A DNA stretch of 63,511 bases, filler included, from Octopus bimaculoides (taxonomy: Eukaryota), in assembly GCF_001194135.2 (NCBI RefSeq). It is 10 parts of 10 records of this genome, joined end to end, with 100 filler letters (N's around TTAATTAATTAA, not from the genome) between each part and the next. Parts side by side here need not be neighbours in the genome. Positions count along the whole stretch, not along the records: positions 31,676 to 42,902 come from NC_069008.1; positions 43,003 to 44,267 come from NW_026409194.1; positions 44,368 to 53,958 come from NC_068985.1; 7 more parts are not named here. One strand, written 5' to 3'. Positions 35,276-48,420 of the stretch are shown here, in pieces. The notes under the pieces were generated by a model. The model saw only the letters and a program-made list of their open reading frames with translations, ran no database searches and was not told the DNA's origin. A program made the position numbers and the translations under genes. Each line of letters starts with the position of its first letter. Position 1 is the stretch's first letter.

Positions 35276-36126
35276 ACACACACACACACACACACACACA
35301 TATACCAAATTGCCGATTACATTGGCACGAATGACACGCATGACGAACCATCAAAGCACTCNNNNNNNNNNNNNNNNNNNNNNNNNNNNNNNNNNNNNNN
35401 NNNNNNNNNNNNNNNNNNNNNNNNNNNNNNNNNNNNNNNNNNNNNNNNNNNNNNNNNNNNNNNNNNNNNNNNNNNNNNNNNNNNNNNNNNNNNNNNNNNN
35501 NNNNNNNNNNNNNNNNNNNNNNNNNNNNNNNNNNNNNNNNNNNNNNNNNNNNNNNNNNNNNNNNNNNNNNNNNNNNNNNNNNNNNNNNNNNNNNNNNNNN
35601 NNNNNNNNNNNNNNNNNNNNNNNNNNNNNNNNNNNNNNNNNNNNNNNNNNNNNNNNNNNNNNNNNNNNNNNNNNNNNNNNNNNNNNNNNNNNNNNNNNNN
35701 NNNNNNNNNNNNNNNNNNNNNNNNNNNNNNNNNNNNNNNNNNNNNNNNNNNNNNNNNNNNNNNNNNNNNNNNNNNNNNNNNNNNNNNNNNNNNNNNNNNN
35801 NNNNNNNNNNNNNNNNNNNNNNNNNNNNNNNNNNNNNNNNNNNNNNNNNNNNNNNNNNNNNNNNNNNNNNNNNNNNNNNNNNNNNNNNNNNNNNNNNNNN
35901 NNNNNNNNNNNNNNNNNNNNNNNNNNNNNNNNNNNNNNNNNNNNNNNNNNNNNNNNNNNNNNNNNNNNNNNNNNNNNNNNNNNNNNNNNNNNNNNNNNNN
36001 NNNNNNNNNNNNNNNNNNNNNNNNNNNNNNNNNNNNNNNNNNNNNNNNNNNNNNNNNNNNNNNNNNNNNNNNNNNNNNNNNNNNNNNNNNNNNNNNNNNN
36101 NNNNNNNNNNNNNNNNNNNNNNNNNN

Positions 36127-36185
<59 letters not shown>

Positions 36186-36479
36186 TATTTGTATATCTAC
36201 CCCAAACCAGCGATCGCAATTCGTTCCGAGGTGACTAGAGTACATGGTGCTGAGGAGCTGCAAAATACAACGAAATATCGATATCCGCCATTCTCGATCG
36301 CTTACGAAGTGAATTGTCTCGCCTGATCTCAGGCTTCTTAATTTGTCGAGGACTTCAAACAGATTAGATTTGAAGCTTAAAAATCTACACTTAGAGACTC
36401 GAAACAAAAGATAAATGACAAAATTTGTTTCGTTTTGAAGTTTATTACCGAGAGTAAACGCTATGTAATTAGTTTCTTT

Positions 36480-36700
36480 TCAACGGCTGACATAAAGTAC
36501 ATCTTGAGATCTTCCCATTGCTGAAGGATTATTTGTATACATTTCCCTCTGATCCACTAATGAGTCATGCTCAAGTTGACAAGCTTTTTTGATAGCACGC
36601 ATTACTACCATTCATTATTGAATAACCGTCCTTTTAATCATTTCGACGAAGAGCGCCAACACTCAACCAGTTTGCAATTGCCAATATCTGGGAAGTTAAA
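36480..36700 (-). mobile_element. Possible hAT transposase remnant
   Basis: Minus strand ... KKLVNLSMTH*WIRGKCIQIILQQWEDLKMYF resembles hAT TRWLS ... IL.QW..LK.YF. Very decayed. Confidence 0.3.
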
Positions 36701-37443
36701 TTAAAAGGCAAGCAAGCGAACGTCTTATGGCAACATAAAGTCAAACTGTCGCACGTACATCCAAAAACAATTTAATCTTTTATATCACAAACCTAATAAT
36801 TTAGGTTCATATTTCTCACTCTGATAACAATTATATTGCCCACATACATTATTTGCTCCATCTGCGGCAAATTCAATGCAATTATCTATATCAATGTTAT
36901 TCGTGTTTTAAAAAAATTGTTTAATTGCCTTATAAAGACATTCACCTTACAAAGGATATTTGCATTCCTTGATGTTTATAGGGAAAATACCACAAACGCG
37001 CAAATTAGTTTTGTAATGTTTGTATCTGCTTATTCGACAATTTACGTGATTTCCAGTTAGAAAAGCTGTAAGCTTACACCTCGCGCAAAACGGGAAGAAT
37101 AACGTTTTCTTTTTTATTAGACTAATGCATTTTTGTTCGATGTAATTTAACACGTCAAGAACACTTCCTTTGCTGTAACTTGTTAGATAAATCAGCTAAA
37201 TCTATCAATCGAAAACTAAACTGACACGTTGTTTGTTGTTTGCCTTTTTTTCCGTCGTTAGCATTGCAGAGACTGTAAATTAATCTCCTTTACTGTGCTT
37301 GAGCTGTTTACAGAAACAAGTGCCTAAACCCCGAGTACGCTTGCCTCCTCATGGAGACGCCACGAAGAAAAAACCAGTCAGTATGTTCGCAACATCTACG
37401 AAACTGCAGGGGATGCTAGATATTGGTTACATATAACTGTACA

Positions 37444-37833
37444 CGGAGGCGCAATGGCCCAGTGGTTAGGGCAGTGGACTCGCGGTCACAGGATCGCGGT
37501 TTCGATTCCCAGACCGGGCGTTGTGAGTGTTTATTGAGCGAAAACACCTAAAAGTTCCACGAGGCTCCGGCAGGGGATGGTGGCGAACCCTGCTGTACTC
37601 TTCCACCACAACTTTCTCTCACTCTTACTTCCTGTTTCTGTTGTGCCTGTAATTCAAAGGGTCAGCCTTGTCACACTGTGTCACGCTGAATATCCCCGAG
37701 AACTACGGTAAGGGTACACGTGTCTGTGGAGTGCTCAACCACTTGCACGTTAATTTCACGAGCAGGCTGTTCCGTTGATCGGATCAACTGGGACCCTCGA
37801 CGTCGTAAGCGACGGAGTGCCAACAACAACAAT
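37444..37833 (+). mobile_element. Full-length tRNA-derived SINE, family C
   Basis: A box TGGCCCAGTGG, B box GGTTTCGATTCCC, about 380-bp body and (CAA)n tail. CpGs retained. Confidence 0.85.
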
Positions 37834-37849
37834 AACTGTACATATTTGC

Positions 37850-38090
37850 CTTCGGCACCCTCCCTCCGGATTTTAGCCTTTTTTAAACACTCAATAAAAT
37901 ACCCCACAAGCAACAGGTATTTATCATTATAGTGGGCGTTGTTTGTCCAGAGCCCGTTCCACTCTTTCGTCCTATCCTTCCAACTTGTATTGGCCCGGTA
38001 TAACAAAAACCACAATCCAAGCAGTTATGAGGGTGCAGGACTTGTTTGAAGTTGCCCTTTCTTAGATTAGCAACTAAAGAGCTGAAGGGT
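37850..38090 (-). mobile_element. Possible L1/Tx1-like LINE C-terminal remnant
   Basis: WNGLWTNNAHYNDKYLLLVGYFIECLKKAKIRRE loosely resembles Tx1 ORF2 tails. Confidence 0.25.
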
Positions 38091-38327
38091 CTCATTTACC
38101 CCGGGTCAGTTGGAGTGACTGTGAGTGACCTTCTTCCGGGGGCAATTCCGTGACATGCTAATTAACCAATAGCCGGGACCCAGGTCAAGTAAACCCGGGA
38201 ACAATAGTGGCTAAGACGTAGTTCCACATTCCTCAAAACCCTAGAACTCCCTTACCAGGGCCCCACAACCGGATGCAGTTTAAAGTCATAATCAGGACAT
38301 ATATTCATCTATCAATACTATCTTGTA

Positions 38328-38522
38328 CCTTTTACTTTTCTCAGTCATTGGACCGCGAACATGCTGGAGCACCACACTGAAGGGTTTAGTCAAACAAATC
38401 GACTCCAGGACTAACTTATAAGACTGGTACTCATTCTATTGGTCTCTTTTGCCGAACTGATAAGTCGTAGCGACGTAAAGAAAGCAACATCTGTTGCCAA
38501 GTGGTGGTGGGGAACAAACACT
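38328..38522 (-). mobile_element. SINE family B, 3' half
   Basis: cttttactttctcagtcattggaccgcgaacatgctggagcaccac ... tttgccgaactgataagt. Confidence 0.78.
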
Positions 38523-39954
38523 CTTTTTAATTTCGTGTTTTTCACTTCTGCATTTTGGACCCAGGTAGGAGGCAGAATTGGATGCTGGGATTGCAGGCGT
38601 TGGCACAGCAATGCTCCAGCTCCGTCGTTAGATCCACAGAAGGGAAGTTGATAAAAGGGCCTATTTCAATTGTCGTTTCTATCTTCACTTATGGCCAAGA
38701 ATGTTGGGTAATGAATGAAAGACTACGATCGTGAATACAAGCGGCCGAAATGGTGTTCCTCCGAAGGGTCGTCAGGAGTAACGATACTCAAGTGGTGGGG
38801 GGGGGGAGCTCGGAGATCAGGAAGTCTGTCAAGTCTGTTCAAGTCTGTTCAGGTCGAATTGTCACTTCTCTGCATTGCAAAATCACAGTTCTGGTACTAC
38901 AGACATGTGATTAGAATGATGCAGGAAAAAAATCGCAAAACAGATCCTTCAATCTGAGACAATTGGCAAGAGACCTAAGTGGGGGAAAGATCAACAACGA
39001 GATGGTTGGATAATATCCATTGTCTCAGTTGCTTAAGCTTGGGAATCCAGCTGGCAAGTTAAATGACGGTTGCATCCAGGGCCGGATGAAGACCCATAGA
39101 GGCCCTAAGTACTTAAAAGATTTCGGTGCCCTCAAGTATATATGTAAATGGTTCAGGATTTACGCAAAAATAATTCAAAATGTAAACGATAGTAAACTAT
39201 GAAATAAATTTTTAGTTTTCTATATGAAACAAAATTCACAGTAAGACGGAGAATAATGTTTATTTTTGTATGCATCCATTTTATTTACATTTGAAAGGTT
39301 TTCTCCTTCGTTTTTTTTTAATTGCCAAATCTTCGATGATATCATTAAAATTAATTTTACGTAAAACTTCTGCTTCTATACTTAGTAGAGATTAAGGCAT
39401 TACGAATATTATTTTAGCAAGTTTAATGAGATTTATTTCGTACCGTAAACTATTTTCATTTCTGTGATGCCCCAAGCCTGCGCTTATATTGCTTAATGAG
39501 TTAATCCAGTGCTGGTTGCATCTGAAAGGACCCCACAGAGGAGGTGCCAGAGGACTCAACCTCTGCGACTTTCTCAGGAACAGTGAACAGAAAAGATGGA
39601 GAGATAGATGGATAAATATGTCAATTTGTCTAAGTGAAAGCATTCTTTCTGTTTTAAAGATTTCCCATGACCAGTTAAAGTAGGTTTAAGCACGTCTGTT
39701 AATACACAGTTACAACACTCACACACTGCATTTCTGTCCTTGCCGTGGGTAATTTTCCCAACCACAGTCGTACTATCTACATCATTAGTACCGCATTTGA
39801 CGGCCTCTAAAAAGTACATCTCCCCGAAATTATATCTCAAAAAATCACTCCGGGTCCTTATGCAAAGTTGAATCTCCCACAAGTTAATTTTGTCCTTGAT
39901 TCTCATGGTCATAGCTTAATTTTAATCCAGATAGTCTCTTTCACCATGCTCCGT

Positions 39955-40044
39955 CTACTACTACTACTACTACTACTGCTGTTGCTGCTGTTGCTACTAC
40001 AGTTAATACTACTGCTGTTGCTACTGTTGCTGCTGCTGCCACTG

Positions 40045-40090
<46 letters not shown>

Positions 40091-40262
40091 CACTACTTCT
40101 ACCACTATTACTACTGTTGCTGCTGCTGCTGTTGCTGTTGCTGTTGCTACTACTACTAATACTACCACTATTACTACTGCTGCTGTTGCTATTACTACTA
40201 CTACTACTAATACTACCACTATTACTACAGCTGTTGTTACTACTACTACTACTACTAGCAGT
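39955..40262. repeat. (CTA)/(CTG)/(TTG) compound trinucleotide repeat
   Basis: Directly visible; source of the poly-L, poly-S and poly-V ORFs. Confidence 0.95.
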
Positions 40263-40756
40263 ACAGTAATGTTTTCTGCTAGAGATCAAGTATTTTCGGA
40301 ATGTTTCCTAATGTTCTACAAGATTATTTTAAACATTGCATGTTTTATTGCATTAAAAGATATTTTCCCTAAAAACGCGCTGCTGAAATCGAGGTGCGTC
40401 TAACATTCCCGCGTTTTTTTTAATGCCACGGAATGCAGTATTTCAATTTAATATAACGAGGAGCTGTTAAAAAGGTTCACTAAATGTTTATAACGGAGAT
40501 ACGCTGACAAAGAGTACAACAGTGGTCGCCAACNNNNNNNNNNNNNNNNNNNCGAGTCCGCTACCCTAACCACTTTGCCATTGCGTCTCCAAATATATAT
40601 ATTCCTGGTTATGTCTGGTGTGTAACCGGTCAGGAAGTTAACCGACAATATAAAACTATAAACACTCAATTTCTTTTTTCGACTGTGCTTTTGTCTCACT
40701 TATGGACAATTAACCGATAATAAACCACACAGACATACACAAACATACGTACATAC

Positions 40757-40789
<33 letters not shown>

Positions 40790-40847
40790 CTTATATGGAT
40801 TTATATATATATATATATATGTGTGTATNNNNNNNNNNNNNNNNNNN

Positions 40848-40910
<63 letters not shown>

Positions 40911-40974
40911 TGTGTATGAGTGTATAACATCAACAGACATTGCTAACGCACATCCATTAATAATATATAAAAAA

Positions 40975-41235
40975 ATATGATGAATACCTCAAATAACCAC
41001 AACCAAAATGGCATTAACATTCTAAAATGCAATTGTTATTCACGAAACGTATGTCCAGTCAATGGCAATTGTTTAGATAAATCAATTATCTCTGCAGCCA
41101 CTCGTACATCTAACGGTAGACAGAACAGTGTAGATTACATCGGATTAACAACAAATCAATTTAATGTAAGATATTATCAGCATAATTATACCTATAAAAC
41201 ATTACGAAGACGTTACGATAAAAGTCTTTGAAAAA
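40975..41235 (+). mobile_element. Naiad-type PLE fragment: zinc knuckle and GIY-YIG start
   Basis: KCNCYSRNVCPVNGNCL (CxCx5Cx5C) followed by DYIGLTTNQFNVRYYQH. Confidence 0.8.
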
Positions 41236-41426
41236 ACATATTATATTGCTATTTTAACATTGTACAATATGTACACACACACATGCACACCCACATACAT
41301 ACACCCGCGCGCGCGCGCACTGTGAACACATGTACACACGCTCATGAATATACATACATACATGTAGATGTATAAAAACAAATATATATACATATACATA
41401 TGTATAACAAATGGATACATATAAGC

Positions 41427-41830
41427 GCAGGCATGGCTGTGTGGTAAGAAGCTTGCTTCCCAATCACGTAGTTCTGGGTTCAGTCCTACTGCGTGGCACC
41501 TTGGGAAAGTGTCTTCTACTATAGCCTCGGGCCGACCTAAACCTTGTGAGTGTGTTTCGGAGATGGAAACTGAAAGAAGCTCATCGTATATGTATATATA
41601 TATATATATGTATATATGTGTGTATATGTATATATATATATGTGTGTATATGTGGGTATGTACGTGTGTGTGCCTTTGTATCTGCGTTTGTTCCCCCCCT
41701 CACTGCTTGACAACCGGCATTGGTGTGCTTACGTCCCTGTAACTTAGCGGTTCGGCAAAAGACACCGAAAGAATAAGTACTAGGCTTTAAAAAATTCCTA
41801 AGGTCAAGTCACTGAAACAAATAAAAGTAT
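41427..41830 (+). mobile_element. SINE family B (near full length)
   Basis: Colinear with the 13858 copy. Confidence 0.85.
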
Positions 41831-42519
41831 AAAAGAAATGTATATTATATCTATNNNNNNNNNNNNNNNNNNNNNNNNNNNNNNNNNNNNNNNNNNNNNN
41901 NNNNNNNNNNNNNNNNNNNNNNNNNNNNNNNNNNNNNNNNNNNNNNNNNNNNNNNNNNNNNNNNNNNNNNNNNNNNNNNNNNNNNNNNNNNNNNNNNNNN
42001 NNNNNNNNNNNNNNNNNNNNNNATTACAGAAAATCATAACGCCACACAGTGGACTTCTCAAAATAACCACATTTAGTACCTAATGCGAGGAAAAACAACC
42101 AACAGAAGACGACCAACTTTCTTTTAAATAAACTTAACTGTGTATCGGCCGATTTCGCGATTACTAGAATGAATCTAGATTTCGTTCATCAGCACAGTAT
42201 TGTCCCAAAAATATATATAAATAAACAGAATTCTCGCCTCACCAAAAACGAACACACTACGTATCCGACAGAGTAAAGGGAATGAAGTTTATCTGTATAT
42301 ATCTTCATCAAAGAAGCGGGAATACTTCCGGGTTGCTTCTGGTTCCCATGTGGAGACAGGAATAAAAATTCAACATTGAATATATTCCGTGTATATATTT
42401 GATAAATAAATTCAAAAAGGGATAAAACTCTTTTACAAATATATATGTATGTATCTATATATATATAGATATACGTATGCTTGTATGTATACATATATAT
42501 GTATGTATGTATCTATGTA

Positions 42520-42555
<36 letters not shown>

Positions 42556-43002
42556 TGATATAATGCGTACATATTCATGAGAGGGGGAAGAAAGAGAGGG
42601 TGAATCAGTTCATATTCCTTGGAATGAGGTTTGTGCGCGCGTGTACATGTGTGTACGTGTGTCTTTTGTGTGCGTGTATATGTTTGTGTGCGTGAGCGCG
42701 CGCACAGAGACACACGCACACACACACGTATATATTACATTATCATGGTATTGACCAGATTATCGGATGCTGTTATACATTGCTGGTCACGATGCGCTTC
42801 GCATTGTTTAAAATTCGAATGATGACACCCCACTGGCTAAACGAACAGCCCAACAGTCCCGCCTTATTGGAGGGCTATCTTGTATGTGTACATATATATA
42901 TANNNNNNNNNNNNNNNNNNNNNNNNNNNNNNNNNNNNNNNNNNNNTTAATTAATTAANNNNNNNNNNNNNNNNNNNNNNNNNNNNNNNNNNNNNNNNNN
43001 NN

Positions 43003-44267
43003 TATTATAAAGATAAAATATTGGAAATGTTAACAAACGAAACCTACTACAAAGAAGAACCAAGGCACTCAGAAAAAACAATAATAAGTAAAATCAGAAG
43101 GCTAATCAATGAATTCCAAGATTCTTTCACTGACAAGGAAAAAGAGTATATATGCAACTCTGTTATCAAAGAGAGCAATTTTTACGGATTGCCTAAAATC
43201 CACAAAAGTTCCGAAATACAAAATGCCATAAATAAGCAGAAAAACCAATACGTAAAAATACTAAGACCTGCTGACCTCAAACTAAGGCCACTAGTTGCTG
43301 GACCACAAGCTCTAACACAACAGCTAAGTCATTTTCTTGATATACTCTTAAAACCTTTGTGCCCATTAATACCTAGCTATGTATGGGATGGCATATATTT
43401 CATCCAACACATTCACCCCACTGTTGCAGAAGGTACTATACTAAGTTTTGATGTCACTAATCTCTATGTCAATATACCTCACAGTTTAGGCCTAGAAGCA
43501 ATCAAACACTGGGTAGAAAAACATAGAGAACGGATAAATGATCGCTTCAAGACTGACTTCATCATCAAGGCCACACGTCTAGTGCTAGAGGAAAATACCT
43601 TTAAATTCGACAACAGAACATATCGGCAAATAAAGGGTACGGCTATGGGTATGCGATTTGCGCCCTCATATGCAAACTTAGTTATGGGATACTTAGAAGA
43701 AAAGCTCTATGAGGAAGTGGAAAAAACTTTTGACCAAGAATACAAAAAACATGTCATTAAAAAATGGAAACGCTTCCTGGATGATTGTTTCATTTTTGGG
43801 GAAAAAATCGACTGAAGATCTAAATGTATTTAACAATATACTAAACGCACTTCACCCTTCCATCAAATTCACAACAGAATCCAGTTGCAATGAACTACCA
43901 TTCCTGGATATCCACATAAAAATACAAAACTGCACAGTCACAACAGACATATTTTACAAAAAAACCAATACACACCAATATTTAAACTTCTATTCTTGTC
44001 ACCCATTACACATCAAAAGAAACATCCCATACAGCATGGCCAGACGCATCTGTGCTATAGTAAGTGACCCTAAAATGCGTGAAACCAGACTCAATGAACT
44101 GAAAGGCTTCCTTCTATACAAAAATACCCCTTAGGCCTAATTAATGAAGGAATTAAAAAGGCGATGGAACTGAATATCACCCAACTACGGACACCAAAGG
44201 AAAAAGTTTATGAAAATACGATTCCGTTCATTAACACATACAGTCCTGGAATAACTAACATATTCCA
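43003..44267 (+). mobile_element. Penelope-like element RT segment (bounded by gaps)
   Basis: FYGLPKIHK, LRPLVAGP, SFDVTNLYVNIPH, QIKGTAMG..FAPSYANL, WKRFLDDCF, HPSIKFT, LPFLDI and YLNFYSCHP..KRNIPYSMARRI. At least one frameshift near 43800. Confidence 0.93.
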
Positions 44268-44368
44268 NNNNNNNNNNNNNNNNNNNNNNNNNNNNNNNNN
44301 NNNNNNNNNNNTTAATTAATTAANNNNNNNNNNNNNNNNNNNNNNNNNNNNNNNNNNNNNNNNNNNNT

Positions 44369-45053
44369 CTATGGTTAGGGTGTTTAGTGGGGTAGTCTAT
44401 CGTAACCTTAATACTCAGGGGGATGGAGTTAGCTATTTGCTGGATGCTCTCCATAGTATTAGTTTCTATTTCTATTTCAAGAGTACTCTCTTGTGGGGAT
44501 GTCTTTACCACTACGTTGATATCATCGACATATCGAGAGTACATATTCACGAGTATGGAGTTCTGTGTCAGGCGTTCCTTAAGCCTTCTGTCCCACCATA
44601 CCATGAAGAGATTGGCCACATCACCGGTGATACTAACACCGATGGCTGCCCCCTCGTCCTGGGCGTATAATTTGTTGTTAAACTTAAATGTGTGGCCTTT
44701 TAGGGTAACCTTTATGCTGGCTCCTAGCGCATGTGCGATCATTTTCTTTACCTGATAGATATTAGTGGGGGTCCGTATGGCTCTGGTCCATCCACTCCAT
44801 CTCTCTATAGGGGTCTTCCTAGCCATAGAGGCAATTGTGGGTGGTCTACCTCTTAAACGTCTACTAGGGCAGAAATCTCTAAGGTCGTATTTATCTAGAT
44901 ATACATCGTCATATATCAATCTAAGTAGGAGGCCCAGTTCTTCTGTGTTGACATTGCGGAACTCCACTTCGCTCTCGTTGATCATCTCCACGCACTTTTC
45001 TACCGCAAAATCCACGTCTATAGATGGGTATAGTGATACCACATCCATGCTAC
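44369..45053 (-). mobile_element. PLE RT core (motifs A-C), inverted relative to the adjoining segment
   Basis: SMDVVSLYPSID, QDEGAAIG..ITGDVANLFM and YSRYVDDI; open until the gap. Confidence 0.88.
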
Positions 45054-45905
45054 ATGATGTGGACAATTGTTCTTGGACCCCAGAAGCGCACAACCAACAA
45101 TTTCCAAGCCTTGAACAACGATATCCCGACGCTGTATGGGCTTCGTAAGGACCACAAAGTAACTACTAATCCTGTAGTGGGACCACCAACAAGACCAGTC
45201 TGTGGAGCGAATGTCGCTAGCAACTACAGGATTTCCTACTTCCTCTCAATGATCATATGCTCCATAATTCGGATGTCACCTGAGGTTTATGACAGCACGG
45301 AAGATCTCAGCAGGATCAACAACTGTAACAACACCTCCAACCTGACAGGGTGTATAGTGGGTAGCGTTCACCGCATGCAGTTCTTAGGTTACAGCCATAA
45401 AGAAAGGATCAGAGTATACAAAGGAGCTATGAGGAAATTTGAAACTATCAAACGTAATGATAGGAATGAGATTTTCCCACTCTATAGGAGCAAATCATGG
45501 AACACCACTGAAAGGATTAAGAAGAAAATAGGGAAGGCCAACTCATGGTATGATAGCCACAAATACCAGAGCGTCATGTTCGTCGACACCACCCCTAGAG
45601 ACGAACTGGCGTACCGCTTTAGAAGGGCCCTAGACAAACTTAAGCTAAGAATTAAGGTTGTTGAAAGGTCAGGCAACCCTATCAAATCCCTTATCAGTAG
45701 AACATACCCTTTTAGTAGAATCCCCTGCACTGATTGGAACTGTACTGTATGTAGATTTAGCCCACAAACAAACTGTAAAACCAGAAATGTGGTCTATAGT
45801 ATAAGATGTACAGAGGGACGATGCAGTAACAAGACAACGACATATGTAGGCGAAACAGCACGGAGCATAGGGGAGCGGGCAAATGAACATTGGAGGGAAC
45901 TTAAG
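45054..45905 (+). mobile_element. PLE RT N-terminus fused directly to thumb C-end and GIY-YIG
   Basis: PTLYGLRKDHK, PPTRPVCGA and YDSTEDL ... IVGS, then HRMQFLGYS ... PLYRSKSW, CTDWNCTVC ... NCKTRNVVYSIRC and YVGETARSIGERANEH. Confidence 0.88.
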
Positions 45906-46139
45906 GAATGGAAGAGCTCAGATATTTACAACGCCGAAAAACAGTCGAATTTAATCATAACATCTTCTGCTAATATAGTGATAGAATTTGGCCAGAAGAA
46001 ATTTTCATATTTTACCATTGAAAGAGATAAAACTTTGCCGAGCCCTAACTCTTTGCATTAATGGCTTTTCTATCTCCCCTGTCCCATATTCCGCGTGCAA
46101 CAAATACCTAGGAATTAATGAAAATATTGTCGCTTGCAG

Positions 46140-46470
46140 CTTGTCGCTTGGATAGCAGGGATATGAAATTATATTTCGTTGGTTGCGTGGACAATAACTG
46201 AAGCAAACTCACGAACATTTATGTGAATGTTTATTGCTGAACATAAAGGTATTTGGTGTTGGCTATATACAATACACAGCATAAATATTTGCTGACTTGA
46301 GTGAGAGAAAAACTGCGCCGTGTCCGAAGAAATTACTTATGAGACGTTGTGTGAATGTTCAAGATGAGTTTGTCCGAGAACCTGGCGTTGTCTGTGCAAA
46401 TGTCCCAAACAGTCTGTATGACAAGAGTGGAGACGCGTGAGTCAGCCATCCGCCTTCGACGCTGTACGAT
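46140..46470 (-). repeat. Interspersed repeat, inverted homolog of about 48590-49075
   Basis: Reverse complement gives gaacattcacacaacgtctcataagtaatttcttcggacacggcgcag ... tagccaacaccaaata ... agcaataaacatt ... gagtttgcttcagt, all found at 48786-49005. Confidence 0.8.
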
Positions 46471-46653
46471 TAATTGTGCGCCAAAATGGCTTTTTCTAAG
46501 AGACAAGAACATTCAAGAAAATCATTTCACGCCACAGACTCACACTGATTTGTCGATTAATAGACCAATCACATGAAACCATGGTGGTTCATTCGTGGTG
46601 TCTCACCGAATATCTTGCGGTTAGGTTTCGAATTACCGCTACAATATATTTTT

Positions 46654-46872
46654 TATTTCTTTATTGCCCACAGGGGGCTAAACAGAGAGAGGACAAACAA
46701 GGACAGACGAAGGGATTAAGTCGATTACATCGACTCCAGTGCGTAACTGGTACTTATTTAATCGACCCCGAGAGGATGAAAGGCAAAGTTGACCTCGGCG
46801 GAATTTGAACTCAGAACGTAACGGCAGACGAAATACCGCTAGACATTTCGCCCGGCGTGCTAACGATTCTGC
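46654..46872 (-). mobile_element. SINE family A
   Basis: Near-consensus match to the 1000-1215 copy. Confidence 0.9.
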
Positions 46873-48204
46873 AGATTAATCAAAGAGCATTACACCAGAC
46901 TAAAAAAGACATGGCACTCAGAGTTTTCCTCTTACAAAACAATAATGTATTTTCAGTATCAGTACTGATACCAACATTTGGGATACTTGACGGCTATAGA
47001 TGTAATCCGCTCGATAGATATTAAAACATGAACCTGAAACTTCAAATTATCACAGAAACAATGATNNNNNNNNNNNNNNNNNNNNNNNNNNNNNNNNNNN
47101 NNNNNNNNNNNNNNNNNNNNNNNNNNNNNNNNNNNNNNNNNNNNNNNNNNNNNNNNNNNNNNNNNNNNNNNNNNNNNNNNNNNNNNNNNNNNNNNNNNNN
47201 NNNNNNNNNNNNNNNNNNNNNNNNNNNNNNNNNNNNNNNNNNNNNNNNNNNNNNNNNNNNNNNNNNNNNNNNNNNNNNNNNNNNNNNNNNNNNNNNNNNN
47301 NNNNNNNNNNNNNNNNNNNNNNNNNNNNNNNNNNNNNNNNNNNNNNNNNNNNNNNNNNNNNNNNNNNNNNNNNNNNNNNNNNNNNNNNNNNNNNNNNNNN
47401 NNNNNNNNNNNNNNNNNNNNNNNNNNNNNNNNNNNNNNNNNNNNNNNNNNNNNNNNNNNNNNNNNNNNNNNNNNNNNNNNNNNNNNNNNNNNNNNNNNNN
47501 NNNNNNNNNNNNNNNNNNNNNNNNNNNNNNNNNNNNNNNNNNNNNNNNNNNNNNNNNNNNNNNNNNNNNNNNNNNNNNNNNNNNNNNNNNNNNNNNNNNN
47601 NNNNNNNNNNNNNNNNNNNNNNNNNNNNNNNNNNNNNNNNNNNNNNNNNNNNNNNNNNNNNNNNNNNNNNNNNNNNNNNNNNNNNNNNNNNNNNNNNNNN
47701 NNNNNNNNNNNNNNNNNNNNNNNNNNNNNNNNNNNNNNNNNNNNNNNNNNNNNNNNNNNNNNNNNNNNNNNNNNNNNNNNNNNNNNNNNNNNNNNNNNNN
47801 NNNNNNNNNNNNNNNNNNNNNNNNNNNNNNNNNNNNNNNNNNNNNNNNNNNNNNNNNNNNNNNNNNNNNNNNNNNNNNNNNNNNNNNNNNNNNNNNNNNN
47901 NNNNNNNNNNNNNNNNNNNNNNNNNNNNNNNNNNNNNNNNNNNNNNNNNNNNNNNNNNNNNNNNNNNNNNNNNNNNNNNNNNNNNNNNNNNNNNNNNNNN
48001 NNNNNNNNNNNNNNNNNNNNACACACACACACACACACACACAGAGTCCTAAAGTTGTAACTGAATTTAAACTTAGTGTTAAGAGTTTTAAATAACTATC
48101 ACAAGGTATTTTGTCCAACGCACGAGCGATGCGGTTAGTGACTAACTTCAAATTTTTTTCCATCGACTTCAAATCACAAATTTGGTGGAAGGATTATAAT
48201 TAGT

Positions 48205-48420
48205 TATATAAGTTTCAAATTTTTGGGCACAAAACCACCAAATTTAGGGGAAGGGGTAAGTCGATTACATCGACCCCAGTGCTCAACTGGTACTTATTTT
48301 ATCAACCCCGAATGGATTAAAAGCAAAGTCGACCTCGGCAGAATTTGAACTGAAAGCGTGAAGACTGACGAAATGCCGCTAAGCATTATTCTGACGTGAT
48401 TTTGCTTGCTCGCCACCGTA
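48205..48420 (-). mobile_element. SINE family A
   Basis: gtcgattacatcgaccccagtgctcaactggtacttatttt ... aatttgaact. Confidence 0.85.

Noticed and set aside
37444-37525. Functional tRNA genes (also 57608-57672)
   Set aside because: They have A/B boxes but I could not form complete cloverleafs. They continue into SINE body or an (AAT)n tail.
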